From positions 1,024,001 through 1,088,000 of the forward strand of contig OZ242010.1 of the NCBI GenBank assembly GCA_965204745.1: DNA of 64,000 bases, given 5' to 3'. The number at the start of each line of letters is the position of its first letter. The first letter of the stretch is position 1. Shown here one piece after another: positions 10,173 to 20,577 of the stretch. Below the pieces are notes generated by a model. It had not been told where the DNA came from. It ran no database searches and saw only the letters and a list, made by a program, of their open reading frames with translations. The position numbers and the translations under genes were made by a program. The stretch is from Candidatus Latescibacterota bacterium (GTDB lineage Bacteria; Latescibacterota; UBA2968).

Positions 10173-10781
10173 ATGGCGCGGTTCAATATTCCAATGCTCA
10201 TCGCATGTCTGCTCGCGACCTGTCAGCCCGCATTTGCACAGCACATCCCGCAAGACAGCCTGCATGTGTATGTGCAATCCGATACCTTGCGCGTGGATGC
10301 GACGATCGCGGCCCTGTTTTCCAAACGGGCCATCGACGCGATAGAATCGGGCATGACCACGTCGATCTCCGTGCAATTTCGCCTGCGAACCGGGCGCGGG
10401 GAACAAGTGGGGCAACGCGGCCTGATCTCGCGCTTGGAACACGATATTTGGGAAGGGGAATACCGCCTCATCCGACAAGCCGCGCGGGCAGACACGCTGA
10501 GAACCTCTGATTTTGAGGACATTCGCCGCGCATGCTCTGAACTTCAGGGGATAGACTTGGGCGCGTTCCCCCTGCCCAAGGTGCCCCTTACCCTGCAAGT
10601 GCGGCTAGACGTGAATCCGATTTCGCCAGAACAGCAAGCGCGCACGCGGCGGTGGCTCAAAATTTTGGAAAAGGGCAGTTATCTCGAATTTTTTTATTCG
10701 CTGGACAGAACCCCATCTGCGGACTGGATTGACGTGATACAATTCCGCCCGAGCGCGCTTCCGCATCTTTTAGAAAAATAA
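10173..10781 (+). CDS. DUF4390-like exported protein
   Basis: Signal peptide; typical position upstream of an ntrY/ntrX-like pair. Confidence 0.55.
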   Translation: MARFNIPMLIACLLATCQPAFAQHIPQDSLHVYVQSDTLRVDATIAALFSKRAIDAIESGMTTSISVQFRLRTGRGEQVGQRGLISRLEHDIWEGEYRLIRQAARADTLRTSDFEDIRRACSELQGIDLGAFPLPKVPLTLQVRLDVNPISPEQQARTRRWLKILEKGSYLEFFYSLDRTPSADWIDVIQFRPSALPHLLEK

Positions 10782-10960
10782 AAGTGACGAGGGAATGAGG
10801 ACAGGCATGAGGGCCTGGCCCTACGGGTGATGGTAGTCAGTGGTCAGCCCCCGCCTGACCCTACCAGTAGTCAGTCCCCGCCTGACCCTACCGCCCAAGT
10901 AGTCAGTAGTCAGCCCCCGCCCGCGCCCCACCGCTATGTTCGTTAGAATTAGTCAACTGC

Positions 10961-11295
10961 CAATGCGAATTAAGAGTAGAAAGCGAGTAGGAAGCAAGCC
11001 GAGACCAATCGCCCAAAGACATGGACGAGTCATCCGGCGCCTCTCCGCAACGAGAGATGTTCTTCCCCTTCCTCGTAGGACCTATCCCCCCGGCCCCCTT
11101 TCCTACAAGGAAAGGGGGAGCGCATGGCTTTTTGAAGGTTTGTCTCCCTGGCTGTTCTGATGGCTTTGAGCGAATAGATCACGCCCTGGAAACCCAAACC
11201 CCTCGCACAACCTCTCGCCATTCCCCCCTTCCTCACAGGAAGGGGGGCCAGGGGGGTAGGTCCCAATAAATGGATTCAACGCTTTATTCGCATTG
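10961..11295. mobile_element. Non-autonomous IS982 derivative (MITE) carrying a nested GC-hairpin element (11078-11264)
   Basis: Both ends (CAATGCGAAT... / ...ATTCGCATTG) and ~70 bp of the transposase 3' end match the IS at 30548-31535. Confidence 0.8.
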
Positions 11296-11348
11296 ACAAC
11301 TGACAACTGACAACTGACCCTCTCACGCCTTACTCATGGAGACACACC

Positions 11349-12785
11349 ATGAAAGCTCTCCCTTTGCGGTGGCGCATCATCGCCGCGCTGATCGGTCTGG
11401 CCTTGGGCACGACGCTCGCGCTTACCCTGCTCGCACGCTACTTCTTGGCATTGAGTCTTCAGACGAGCGTCAATGTCGAGATGGGCAGTGCGTTGACCAG
11501 CGCGCTCGCGTTGGCAAAAGAGAATTACGACTCGAAAAAGCGGCAACTTCAGGACGTTGGGCATCTCTTGTCCACGCCGCCTCATCGGGACCGAGACGCG
11601 CTGCATGCCGCATTTGCAAATGCCGGGTTGGAGGATCTGACCCTGCGGATCGTGCCCGTGGAACAGGTCGAAACCGATCTCACGCATGGCCCGGTGGTCT
11701 CCAAAGTGGCGGACGATCAACTCCGACTCGTCCTGGTGCTGCCGGACTCACAGCGGGCCTTGATCGCGCTGCATTCGCTCGCCGCGCTCACCGAGGTCAA
11801 AAATGCCGTGCATACTTACAAGCACATCGAAATGGCAGAGGGCGAGTTGCGGACGGCCTTTTTGCTCGCGTTTCTCGTCGCCGCGGCCGGCGTTGTGATT
11901 CTCGCATGCGTGATCGGCATTCGCATTGGCTTTGGGATCACGCGGCCCTTGCACGCCTTGTTGAAAGGCACGCGGGAAATGGCGCGCGACAACTTGCAAT
12001 ACCGCATCCCCAACAACCGGGATGACGAGATCGGGGTGCTGATCGAATCGTTTAACCAGATGGCGCAAGACCTCGTGGAAAACAGGCGCAAGCGCGTGGA
12101 AGCCGAGCAAATCGCAGCGTGGCGGGAAATCGCGCGGCGGTTGGCGCACGAAATCAAAAATCCCCTGACGCCCATTCAACTCGCGGTGCAACAGATGCGC
12201 GACAAGTACGCGGGCGACGACCCGGAGTATCAGCGCTTTGTGACCGACTGCACGGAAATCGTCACAGAAGAAGTCACGACGCTGCGCTCTTTGGTCGAGG
12301 AATTTGCCAATTTCGCGCGCATGCCGTCTCTGTCGCTCGCGCCGAGCGATCTCAACAAGAGCGTGCGCCGCGTTGTTCGCCTGTACCCGGATGCGCGCAT
12401 TCACCTCGACTTGGCGGACGACCAACCCCTGCTCGAACTCGACTCGGAGCAGATGCGCCGCGTGTTGATCAATTTGATAGAAAACGGCATTGACGCCTCG
12501 GGCAAAAACGGGCAGATCACCATTCGCACGCACGGGGATGGGGAGACATCGATCCTCTCGGTCATCGACAGCGGGCCGGGCGTGCCCATCGCGGATCGCG
12601 CGCGCATTTTTCAACCCTACATTTCCACCAAGGAAAGCGGGATGGGCTTGGGCCTTGCGGTCGTACGCAACATTGTGGAAGACCACGGCGGGCACATCTC
12701 GGTGACGGACGCGCCCACGGGTGGAGCGCAGTTCGACCTTCAACTTCCCATTCCGGACATCGCGCAAACAGAGGAACGACCATGA
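11349..12785 (+). CDS. NtrY-like HAMP sensor histidine kinase
   Basis: Two TM segments, HAMP, WREIARRLAHEIKNPLTPIQL H-box, N/G/F boxes. Confidence 0.9.
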   Translation: MKALPLRWRIIAALIGLALGTTLALTLLARYFLALSLQTSVNVEMGSALTSALALAKENYDSKKRQLQDVGHLLSTPPHRDRDALHAAFANAGLEDLTLRIVPVEQVETDLTHGPVVSKVADDQLRLVLVLPDSQRALIALHSLAALTEVKNAVHTYKHIEMAEGELRTAFLLAFLVAAAGVVILACVIGIRIGFGITRPLHALLKGTREMARDNLQYRIPNNRDDEIGVLIESFNQMAQDLVENRRKRVEAEQIAAWREIARRLAHEIKNPLTPIQLAVQQMRDKYAGDDPEYQRFVTDCTEIVTEEVTTLRSLVEEFANFARMPSLSLAPSDLNKSVRRVVRLYPDARIHLDLADDQPLLELDSEQMRRVLINLIENGIDASGKNGQITIRTHGDGETSILSVIDSGPGVPIADRARIFQPYISTKESGMGLGLAVVRNIVEDHGGHISVTDAPTGGAQFDLQLPIPDIAQTEERP

Positions 12786-14146
12786 GCCAGAATATCCTCA
12801 TCATCGACGACGAGAGAAATATCCGCCGCACCTTGGACATGATCTTATCCGGCGAGGGGTACCGGGTCTTTGCCTGCGCGTCCGGGCACGAAGGCTTGGG
12901 CGTGTTGCAAAAAGAACCCATCCACATGGTCTTGCTCGATATCGTGATGCCGGAAATCAACGGCCTCGACCTGTTGCCCAAACTCCTCGCGGCGCGCCCG
13001 GACCTGGCGGTTGTGGTGATTTCCGGCCACGGCAATGTGCAAAACGCAGTGCGCGCCATCAAATTGGGCGCGTACGATTTTTTGGAAAAACCCCTCTCGC
13101 GGGATAGGGTGCTCGTGGCGGTCTCGCGGGCCTTGCAAACGCAGGAACTCGCGGCGGAAAACCGCGACCTCAAACAACAAATCGAAAGCCGCTACGAGAT
13201 GGTGGGCAACAGCCGCGCGCTGACGGACATTCGCAGCCAGATTGCGCGCGTCGCGCCGACCAATGGGCGCGTGCTGATTTTGGGCGAGAGCGGCACGGGC
13301 AAGGAACTCATCGCACGCGCGGTTCACAAGATGAGCCGCAGGGCGGACGAGCCATTTATCAAAGTGAACTGCGCGGCCATTCCGGAAGACCTCATCGAAA
13401 GCGAGTTGTTTGGGAGCGACCGCGGCGCGTTTACCGGGGCCGTAAAAACGCGAGATGGGAAGTTTTTGCAAGCCGATGGGGGCACGTTATTCCTGGATGA
13501 GATCGGGGATATGAGCCTGTCCGTGCAGGCCAAGGTGTTGCGCGCGCTCGAGCAAGGGGAATTTGAGCGGGTGGGTGGAGAGAAAACGTTTCGCGTGGAT
13601 GTGCGCGTGATCGCGGCGACAAACAAGGAGTTGCACGCCGAAGTGGCGCGGGGCACGTTTCGGGAAGACCTGTATTTTCGCCTCAATGTGGTGCCTTTGA
13701 CCGCGCCGCCATTGCGAAAACGCCGCGAGGACATCCCGGAGTTGGCCGACCATTTCTTGACCACTTATGCAGAGGAAAACGGATTTTTGCCCAAGAAATT
13801 GGCAACAGATGCGCGGGAGATGCTGTTGCACTACGACTGGCCCGGCAACATCCGCGAATTGAAAAACCTGGTCGAACGCCTCTCGATCATGGTTTCAGGC
13901 GACGCGATCTACGCCCGGGATTTGCCCGCGCTAGAGGGGATGAACGCGCCGCGTCCGGACGACGCCATCCCCGGACTCGGCCCGGGGAAATCGCTCCGTC
14001 AGGTGCGCGAAGCCGTCGAGCGGCACTACATCGCCGCCGCACTCGATCAACACGACTGGAACATCACGCACGCAGCCCATGCCCTGGGCATTGAACGCAC
14101 CAACTTGCACAAGAAAATCAACTATTACGCGCTGGAGAGGCGATAG
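12782..14146 (+). CDS. NtrX/NtrC-family sigma-54-dependent response regulator
   Basis: Receiver domain, GESGTGKE, GAFTGA, C-terminal Fis-type HTH; ATGA overlap with the kinase. Confidence 0.92.
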   Translation: MSQNILIIDDERNIRRTLDMILSGEGYRVFACASGHEGLGVLQKEPIHMVLLDIVMPEINGLDLLPKLLAARPDLAVVVISGHGNVQNAVRAIKLGAYDFLEKPLSRDRVLVAVSRALQTQELAAENRDLKQQIESRYEMVGNSRALTDIRSQIARVAPTNGRVLILGESGTGKELIARAVHKMSRRADEPFIKVNCAAIPEDLIESELFGSDRGAFTGAVKTRDGKFLQADGGTLFLDEIGDMSLSVQAKVLRALEQGEFERVGGEKTFRVDVRVIAATNKELHAEVARGTFREDLYFRLNVVPLTAPPLRKRREDIPELADHFLTTYAEENGFLPKKLATDAREMLLHYDWPGNIRELKNLVERLSIMVSGDAIYARDLPALEGMNAPRPDDAIPGLGPGKSLRQVREAVERHYIAAALDQHDWNITHAAHALGIERTNLHKKINYYALERR

Positions 14147-14149
14147 CCA

Positions 14150-14343
14150 CAAGAGGCAAGAGGCAAGAGGTAAGAGGCAAGAGGCAAGAGGCAAGAGGCA
14201 AGACGTAAGAGGCAAGACGTAAGATGGGATTTTAGCCACGAGTGGGGTACAACTGGCGATAGCTAGTTCAAAGGCACGAGCGGGGATAGCCACAAAAGGC
14301 ACAAAAGGCACAAAAGGGGTACAACTGGCGATAGCTAGTTCAA
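14150..14343. repeat. (GAGGCAA)n array, (AGGCACAAA)n array and two copies of a 26-bp motif
   Basis: GGTACAACTGGCGATAGCTAGTTCAA at 14246-14271 and 14318-14343; further copies at 30360-30385 and inverted at 19572-19597. Confidence 0.85.
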
Positions 14344-14533
14344 GGGGGGCAATCGCACGACCTTTTCTGTACCCTTATTTGAAGGGGAAAAACTTCTGAC
14401 CTCGTAATCGCTAAATTTGGATCGTTCTTAAAAAGACGCGAAGGGGAGATGATCCAACGCCGGATGAAATTCAGTGCGCGATGAAGGAGTGACAGTTAGC
14501 GCGAGGCGGTTCATCGATGAGATGGAGGATGAG

Positions 14534-15508
14534 ATGGAGTATGTCAATTTTGGTTCTGCGGGTGTGAAGGTGAGTCGGTTGGCATTGGGCTTGGGGTTTC
14601 GCGGGCAGGCGGATGAGGCAGACGGTCAAGCGGTGATCGAGCGGGCGATTGATCTGGGCGTCAACCTGATCGATTGCGCCAATACGTATGGGCCCGGGGA
14701 TGACCGCACGCATGTCGGGCGTTCCGAAGTCGTGTTGGGCAAGGCTTTGAAGGGCAAGCGGGACGATGTGGTGGTCACGTCAAAAGTGTGCAGCCGGATC
14801 GGCGCGGGGCCAAATGACCATGGCCTGTCCCGGTATCACATCATGCGGGAAGTGGAGCGGTCTTTGCGCCGCTTGGACACCGATCATATCGACGTGTACC
14901 TCGTACATCATATCGACGACTCGACACCGATAGAAGAAACCGCACGGGCCTTGGACGATCTCGTACATCAAGGCAAGGTGCGATACATCGGGTGTTGCAA
15001 CCACGCGGCGTGGCAAGCGTGCAAGGCGTTGTGGGTTCAGCACGCCTTGAAGCTGACGCCGTATATGTGCATGCAAAACCCGTACAATTTGCTATACCGC
15101 GCACTGGAGCGAGAGGTTTTTCCATTTGTGCGGAGCGAGGGGTTGGGCATCATGGTCTATAGCCCGTTGGCCGTGGGAATGTTGAGCGGATTTTACAAAC
15201 CGGACGCGCGCCCACCCGAAGGCTCGCTGTGGGCAAAGCGCTGGAGGGGGCGATACGAAACCATGATGGCGGGCGCAGAGGGCAGGGCCATCGCCACCTT
15301 GTTCGAGGTGGCGGATGAACTGGGCAAAACACCCGCGCAGGTGGCCTTGGCCTGGGTCTTGTCGCATCCCGAAGTGACGGTGGCGATTACCGGGGGCGAT
15401 ACGGTTGCCCATTTGGAAGACAATATCGGGGGCGTGGGCTGGCGATTGGACGATGCGTTGCGCGCACGGTTGGATGCGGTTTCCGAAAACTTAGAGTCCG
15501 GGCGATAG
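14534..15508 (+). CDS. Aldo/keto reductase
   Basis: DCANTYG, SKV, LDTDHIDVY, GKVRYIG, YSPLA; GGAGG RBS. Confidence 0.92.
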   Translation: MEYVNFGSAGVKVSRLALGLGFRGQADEADGQAVIERAIDLGVNLIDCANTYGPGDDRTHVGRSEVVLGKALKGKRDDVVVTSKVCSRIGAGPNDHGLSRYHIMREVERSLRRLDTDHIDVYLVHHIDDSTPIEETARALDDLVHQGKVRYIGCCNHAAWQACKALWVQHALKLTPYMCMQNPYNLLYRALEREVFPFVRSEGLGIMVYSPLAVGMLSGFYKPDARPPEGSLWAKRWRGRYETMMAGAEGRAIATLFEVADELGKTPAQVALAWVLSHPEVTVAITGGDTVAHLEDNIGGVGWRLDDALRARLDAVSENLESGR

Positions 15509-15620
15509 GATTTAAGAATCGGGTAAGACGTAAGAGGCAAGATGTGCGTGTTGACCGAGCGAACACGGGCGATCAAAAAATTGGGCTTTCGGCTATGCCA
15601 GGTTAATTTTTCTGATCGGT

Positions 15621-16412
15621 ATGAGGATTGCTATGTGCCAGGATTTTTCGGGTATTTTGGAAGAAATGACGATTGACGACGTGCGTTCCCTCGCGCCCAA
15701 TGTCGCGGTGATCCCCATCGGCTCTACCGAACCCCACGGGCCTGCATTGCCCTACGGCACGGACAATTTTCAGGTGGAATACGTGGCGCACCGGGGCACG
15801 CGAAAAGCCAATGAATGGGGTGGGCGCGTTTTGTGTTTGCCCACGCAACGGGTGAGTTTGAACAACAATTTTCGCGCTTTTCCGTTTGCGTGCCGAATGC
15901 AGGTTCAGACGTTTATGAATTTGCTGACCGACCTAGTCTCGATGTGCCGCGCAGAAAATGTCCACCGCATCGCGTTCATCAATGGTCACGGCGGCAACCC
16001 CGACGTCATTCGCGCAGTGCAACGCGACTTGGCCGCCCGGGATGGCTTGTTCACCTGTATGATTGGCACGGGGTCTTGTGCGTCCGCAGAAGCGCGGGGA
16101 GTTTGGGAAAATCGCAGCGATCACGCGGGCGAAGAAGAAACTTCGCAGGTGATGTTCTTGCGCCCCGAACTCGTGCGCGAAGATCGGATCGCCGACAACC
16201 CGCCTCAGCATCCCAAGTTGAAGACCTTGCGGGAATTTCCCGTGGATTTCGTGCGCCCCTGGCACCTGTACTTGCCCACCTCTGCTGGCGGCGACGCACG
16301 AAAAGCCTCGGCCCAAAAAGGTGAAACGGTCCTCAATTCAGCGGTACAAGGCACGGCGCGGTTGTTGCTCGACCTGTCACAGGCGGAAGATTCAGAGACA
16401 TTTCCGTATTAG
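15621..16412 (+). CDS. Creatininase/creatinine amidohydrolase family protein
   Basis: GSTEPHGPALPYGTD, NGHGGN, DHAGEEETS. Confidence 0.9.
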   Translation: MRIAMCQDFSGILEEMTIDDVRSLAPNVAVIPIGSTEPHGPALPYGTDNFQVEYVAHRGTRKANEWGGRVLCLPTQRVSLNNNFRAFPFACRMQVQTFMNLLTDLVSMCRAENVHRIAFINGHGGNPDVIRAVQRDLAARDGLFTCMIGTGSCASAEARGVWENRSDHAGEEETSQVMFLRPELVREDRIADNPPQHPKLKTLREFPVDFVRPWHLYLPTSAGGDARKASAQKGETVLNSAVQGTARLLLDLSQAEDSETFPY

Positions 16413-16537
16413 CAGACAGCAGTCAGTGCGCTCAACTCCCCTTCGGTGAGACGTGAGACGGACGAGGTGAGGCACCCCCGCCACCGCCCAAGTTGTCAGT
16501 AGCCAAAGGAAGCATAGTATCAAGAGGTGTTCATCCC

Positions 16538-19492
16538 ATGCCAAACCTCGATCCCATCGCATTGAATGAACGGCAGCGCGAGGCCGTCACCGCGCCCATC
16601 GGGGCCGTGCTCATCCTCGCCGGGCCGGGCACGGGCAAGACGCGCGTGTTGACCGAGCGCGTTGCGTATTTGATCGCGCAGCGCGGTGTCGCGCCCGAGC
16701 GCATCTCGGCGCTCACCTTTACCAACAAAGCCGCCGCGGAAATGCAGAGTCGCTTGGCGCGCACCTTGGGCGAAGCCGTTGCCGAGTCCGTCACCGCGGG
16801 GACATTCCACCGGTTTTGCATCGACATGCTGCGCCAACACCGCGAAGCCGCGGGCCTGCCGCGGCATTTTGGCATTGCGGATGAAGACCTCCAGCGCACG
16901 CTCATCTACCGCGCATTCCCGCGCCTGAATCCCAACGAACGCAATTTGAACAATGTGATGCAAACCGTGAACCGCCTGAAATGGCAACGGCGGTACAAAC
17001 CGCACATCCCCATGAAAAAGGGAGACGCGGAGCTGCTCGACAAGTACGAGGCCGAACTGTCAAAAAACCGCTTGATCGACTTTGACGACCTCATCTTTCG
17101 CGCCCACGACTTGCTCGCTGCACACCGCGAGATCCTATCGGCGTACCGCGCGCGATTTCAACACATCCTCGTCGATGAATTTCAAGACACGGACCCGGTG
17201 CAATACGCGCTGGTCAGCCTCTTGGCCGCGGGGCATCGCAGCGTCTTTGTGGTGGCAGACGACGAGCAATCCATCTATGGCTGGCGGCACGCCACGCCCG
17301 AACACATCGCGCAATTTCAACGCGAGTTTCTCAAGGGCAACCCGCCGATTGTCTTGGAGGAAAACTACCGATCCTCTGCGGAAATTCTGCGCTTGGCGCG
17401 CCTGTTCATCGCCCACAACGACACCTTGTTTGACCGCGCCATCAGAACGCAAAAATCCGGCCGCCGAGTGCGCGGCATGGCATTTGACACCTTTTTGGAA
17501 GAGGGCGAATTTATTGCGGGCGACATCTGGGACCGCATCCGCGAAACCCCGGACCTGATGCACCGCGACATCGCCGTGCTCTATCCGCAACACGCCATCG
17601 GCAGCGAACTCGAGCGCATCTTCATGCGCGCCAACGTCCCCTGTCAGATGGCCCACCGCAGGGGCTTGTTCGACCAACCCGTCATCCGCCGCGCCCTGTC
17701 CGTGTTGCGCTACGCATTGGACGGGGCGAATGACGCGAGTCTCGAATTATTCCTGCGCCGCGAACTCGAAGCGGTCGATCCCAAACTCTATCCGGCCGTG
17801 CGGGGATTTCAAAAGCGCAACGCCATCGGCAGTTTCAAACAAGCGGCCTTCTCGTATCCGCGCACGGTCGAACCGGCAGAAGGCATCGAAGTGGAACGCG
17901 CCCTTGGGCTGGCCGGCGTGGTCCACAATGCCGTGCAAAAAGGCGCGGTCGCGTCCTTGCCCCATCTCGTGGATGACATCCTCGACCAACTGAACACCTC
18001 GGAATTGCCCTCGCTGAAAAACCACCTCTCCCACATCGCGGATCCCCTCGCATTGCCGGGCATCAAAGCCGCGCTCGACCGCGTACTGCCCCGCTGGCGC
18101 GCGGGGGGCACCTTGTATGTCGCGTGCAAAGACGAGGTGACGCGCCACTTGCTCACCACGCTGATCCGAGACGCACTCGCGCGCCCGGGCCTCATCATCC
18201 GCGAAGCCGCGCCCGGCAGCCGCTTGGAACTGTTGCCGGACACGCTCATCTTGTCGTTTGACGAAGACCCACCCAAAACCCCCGCCCATTTCTTGCACTT
18301 GGGCACATCGCACAACGCCATGCTTATCGGGCTCAAGTTGTGCCAAGCGATCCACTGCGCGGACCTGCCGCCCTATATGCCGGACTACACCGCCTGCGCG
18401 TTGGAAACCACGAGCGAGGATCCGGACCGCGCGCAAATCGCGGCGCTAGGCGCGGTGCGCGTACGCGATGGCCGGGTCGCGGAAACGTTTTATTCGCCCG
18501 TGCGATTGCGAGAACGCGAAGGCGATAGCCCCACATTTCAGGAAATTTACCTCGCGTTTCAATCCTTTGTCGGCATCGACATCCTGATCGCCCACAACGG
18601 CTATGCGTTTGCCTTTCAGGTCTTGCACCGCGAGGCCCGGCGCAATGCCCGCTCGCGCATGCCCAACCCCACGATTGACACGTTGCCCATGGCGCGAACT
18701 TATGGCGCGACCTCGGCCCGCGATCTGCGCGCCCTTTGCGATCAGTACGGCATCTCGCCCGACGCAAAGGCCCCGCCGGCCCTGGCGCGGGCCCTCGCGT
18801 TGCACCGCGCGTTTGAAGCGATGAAACGAGAACGCGCATCTCGCTATCGGCGCATGACAAATGAACACCTGTTGGATCGAGTCGCGTTGGGCATGCTCTT
18901 TTGCCAACGCCGCGCACGGGGTCAAAAATTCTCCCATGAAGAACACCTGCATTTTAATTTGGGGGCACAGCGTTTGATGGGGCCGGCCAATTTGTGCATT
19001 CGCGACCTCGTGCAACAATTTCCCCGGTTGGACGCGGACCGGCTGCGCGGTCAGGCGCGGATGTTGCTCGGCGAAGACCCGCGTCCCGAAGTCCTCGCCC
19101 TGCACGCGCCGGATCAGATCCAACGCTTTCGAGACCTGTGCGAACGCCACGGCACTGCCGCGCCCTCTCTGCAAGAAGGCATCCGCAACCTGCTCGATTT
19201 TGCGGACTTGTACAAAGTCGAACTCGAAGCACTCGACCGCAATGCCGTGCATTTGATCACCTTGCACGCGGCGAAGGGACTCGAATTTCGCGAGGTCTAT
19301 ATCTGCGGCTTGGAAGACCGCATCTTGCCCAATGCGCGTGCCCTCAACAGCGCGGACATGGCCGAGCAACGCAGGCTCTTGTACGTGGGCATCACCCGCG
19401 CAATGGACCGCCTCACCCTCTCTTGCGTGCGCCAACGCCCGGGCAGAAACATGACGCCATCCCGATTCTGGGACGAACTCGCCTTGGACTAG
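16538..19492 (+). CDS. UvrD/PcrA SF1 helicase with an inserted degenerate DnaQ-like exonuclease domain
   Basis: AGPGTGKT, TFTNKAA, DEFQD, QSIY, ENYRS, TLHAAKGLEF, RLLYVGITRA. Confidence 0.88.
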   Translation: MPNLDPIALNERQREAVTAPIGAVLILAGPGTGKTRVLTERVAYLIAQRGVAPERISALTFTNKAAAEMQSRLARTLGEAVAESVTAGTFHRFCIDMLRQHREAAGLPRHFGIADEDLQRTLIYRAFPRLNPNERNLNNVMQTVNRLKWQRRYKPHIPMKKGDAELLDKYEAELSKNRLIDFDDLIFRAHDLLAAHREILSAYRARFQHILVDEFQDTDPVQYALVSLLAAGHRSVFVVADDEQSIYGWRHATPEHIAQFQREFLKGNPPIVLEENYRSSAEILRLARLFIAHNDTLFDRAIRTQKSGRRVRGMAFDTFLEEGEFIAGDIWDRIRETPDLMHRDIAVLYPQHAIGSELERIFMRANVPCQMAHRRGLFDQPVIRRALSVLRYALDGANDASLELFLRRELEAVDPKLYPAVRGFQKRNAIGSFKQAAFSYPRTVEPAEGIEVERALGLAGVVHNAVQKGAVASLPHLVDDILDQLNTSELPSLKNHLSHIADPLALPGIKAALDRVLPRWRAGGTLYVACKDEVTRHLLTTLIRDALARPGLIIREAAPGSRLELLPDTLILSFDEDPPKTPAHFLHLGTSHNAMLIGLKLCQAIHCADLPPYMPDYTACALETTSEDPDRAQIAALGAVRVRDGRVAETFYSPVRLREREGDSPTFQEIYLAFQSFVGIDILIAHNGYAFAFQVLHREARRNARSRMPNPTIDTLPMARTYGATSARDLRALCDQYGISPDAKAPPALARALALHRAFEAMKRERASRYRRMTNEHLLDRVALGMLFCQRRARGQKFSHEEHLHFNLGAQRLMGPANLCIRDLVQQFPRLDADRLRGQARMLLGEDPRPEVLALHAPDQIQRFRDLCERHGTAAPSLQEGIRNLLDFADLYKVELEALDRNAVHLITLHAAKGLEFREVYICGLEDRILPNARALNSADMAEQRRLLYVGITRAMDRLTLSCVRQRPGRNMTPSRFWDELALD

Positions 19493-19630
19493 GACTCCTC
19501 CCCGAGAGATGTCGTCCCCTCTTGTATCTTTGGGCGAACACGGGGCATCGCCCTACACGCATCGCTCCCCTTTGAACTATCTGTCGCCAGTTGTACCTCG
19601 CTCGTGCTTTTCGTGCCTAATCATAGCGAC

Positions 19631-20389
19631 ATGTCGAAAAACAAAATCTACTTCATCTCGGACGCGCACATAGGCGCGACCAAATTCAACCGCCCATCGC
19701 GCGTTCGGGAAGACGCGCTCATCAACTTTTTGCGCGCCATCCGCAAAGACGCCGAGAGCCTGTACATCGTGGGCGACCTCTTTGATTTCTGGTTTGAATA
19801 TCGATCCGTCATTCCCGCGCATGGCGCGCGCGTAATTTTTGAACTCTACAACCTCGTCCAAAGCGGCACGCGCGTGGTCTATCTGCCCGGCAACCACGAC
19901 ATCTGGCTCGGCCCGTACTTGACCGATCAAGTCGGCGCGGAACTTCCCGGCCTCGCTTGCGACATCGTACACCAAAATCAGCGCATCCACGTCACGCACG
20001 GCGACGCGTTTGAGCGAGATTGGAAAATAACGCTCATCCGCCGCATCTTGCACAATCCCCTGTGCATCGCGCTGTTTGGCTGGCTGCATCCGGACATCGG
20101 CGCGTACCTAGTACGTCTCGCGTCTCGGTTTTCCGTATCGAAACTGAAAAACTGCAAAAAAACAACCGCGTCCTCATCTACGGGCGCGGCAACAAAAATG
20201 GCCGAGGGATTCGATCTGGTCATCTGCGGGCACTACCACACGCCCAGGGTACAACCCATTGCCGGAGGCACGCTCATCATCTTGGGCGACTGGATGCGCT
20301 ACGATACTTATGCCGTGCTCGAAAATGGCGCCATCGCGCTGAAGCAGTGGCATACGGCGGTACGAGCGGTTCGCAGTCAATGCGAATAA
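19631..20389 (+). CDS. UDP-2,3-diacylglucosamine diphosphatase (LpxH-like metallophosphoesterase)
   Basis: SDAHIG, GDLFDFWFE, GNHD, HGD, GHYH, LGDW. Confidence 0.8.
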   Translation: MSKNKIYFISDAHIGATKFNRPSRVREDALINFLRAIRKDAESLYIVGDLFDFWFEYRSVIPAHGARVIFELYNLVQSGTRVVYLPGNHDIWLGPYLTDQVGAELPGLACDIVHQNQRIHVTHGDAFERDWKITLIRRILHNPLCIALFGWLHPDIGAYLVRLASRFSVSKLKNCKKTTASSSTGAATKMAEGFDLVICGHYHTPRVQPIAGGTLIILGDWMRYDTYAVLENGAIALKQWHTAVRAVRSQCE

Positions 20390-20535
20390 AGAGTTGAATC
20401 CATCGCGTGCTTGTTCTTTCGCTACTCGGTGGATTCAATCCCTCTCGGTCACGTCTCAAGGGTCAACCAAGAGAGACTCGTTTTATTGGGACCTACCCCC
20501 CTAGCTCCCCTTCCTTCCAAGATACAAGGGGGGCG
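20378..20535. mobile_element. Solo IS982 end plus half GC-hairpin element
   Basis: CAATGCGAATAAAGAGTTGAATCCATCGCG matches the IS end at 31535; it supplies the TAA of the LpxH-like gene. Confidence 0.7.
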
Positions 20536-20577
20536 GCCCTCTCCCGTCTCCCGTCTTACCTCTCCCGTCTTACCTCC

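Noticed and set aside
11121-11269. MITE core peptide MAFLKVC...DGF.R.DHA as a real small protein, or a DUF559 remnant on the opposite strand
   Set aside because: Frames and stops differ between copies and the similarity is too weak to support without a search.
20140-20200. Compensating frameshifts in the LpxH-like gene
   Set aside because: The alternative frame looks plausible for about 10 codons, but the main frame is open and this cannot be resolved without homologs.
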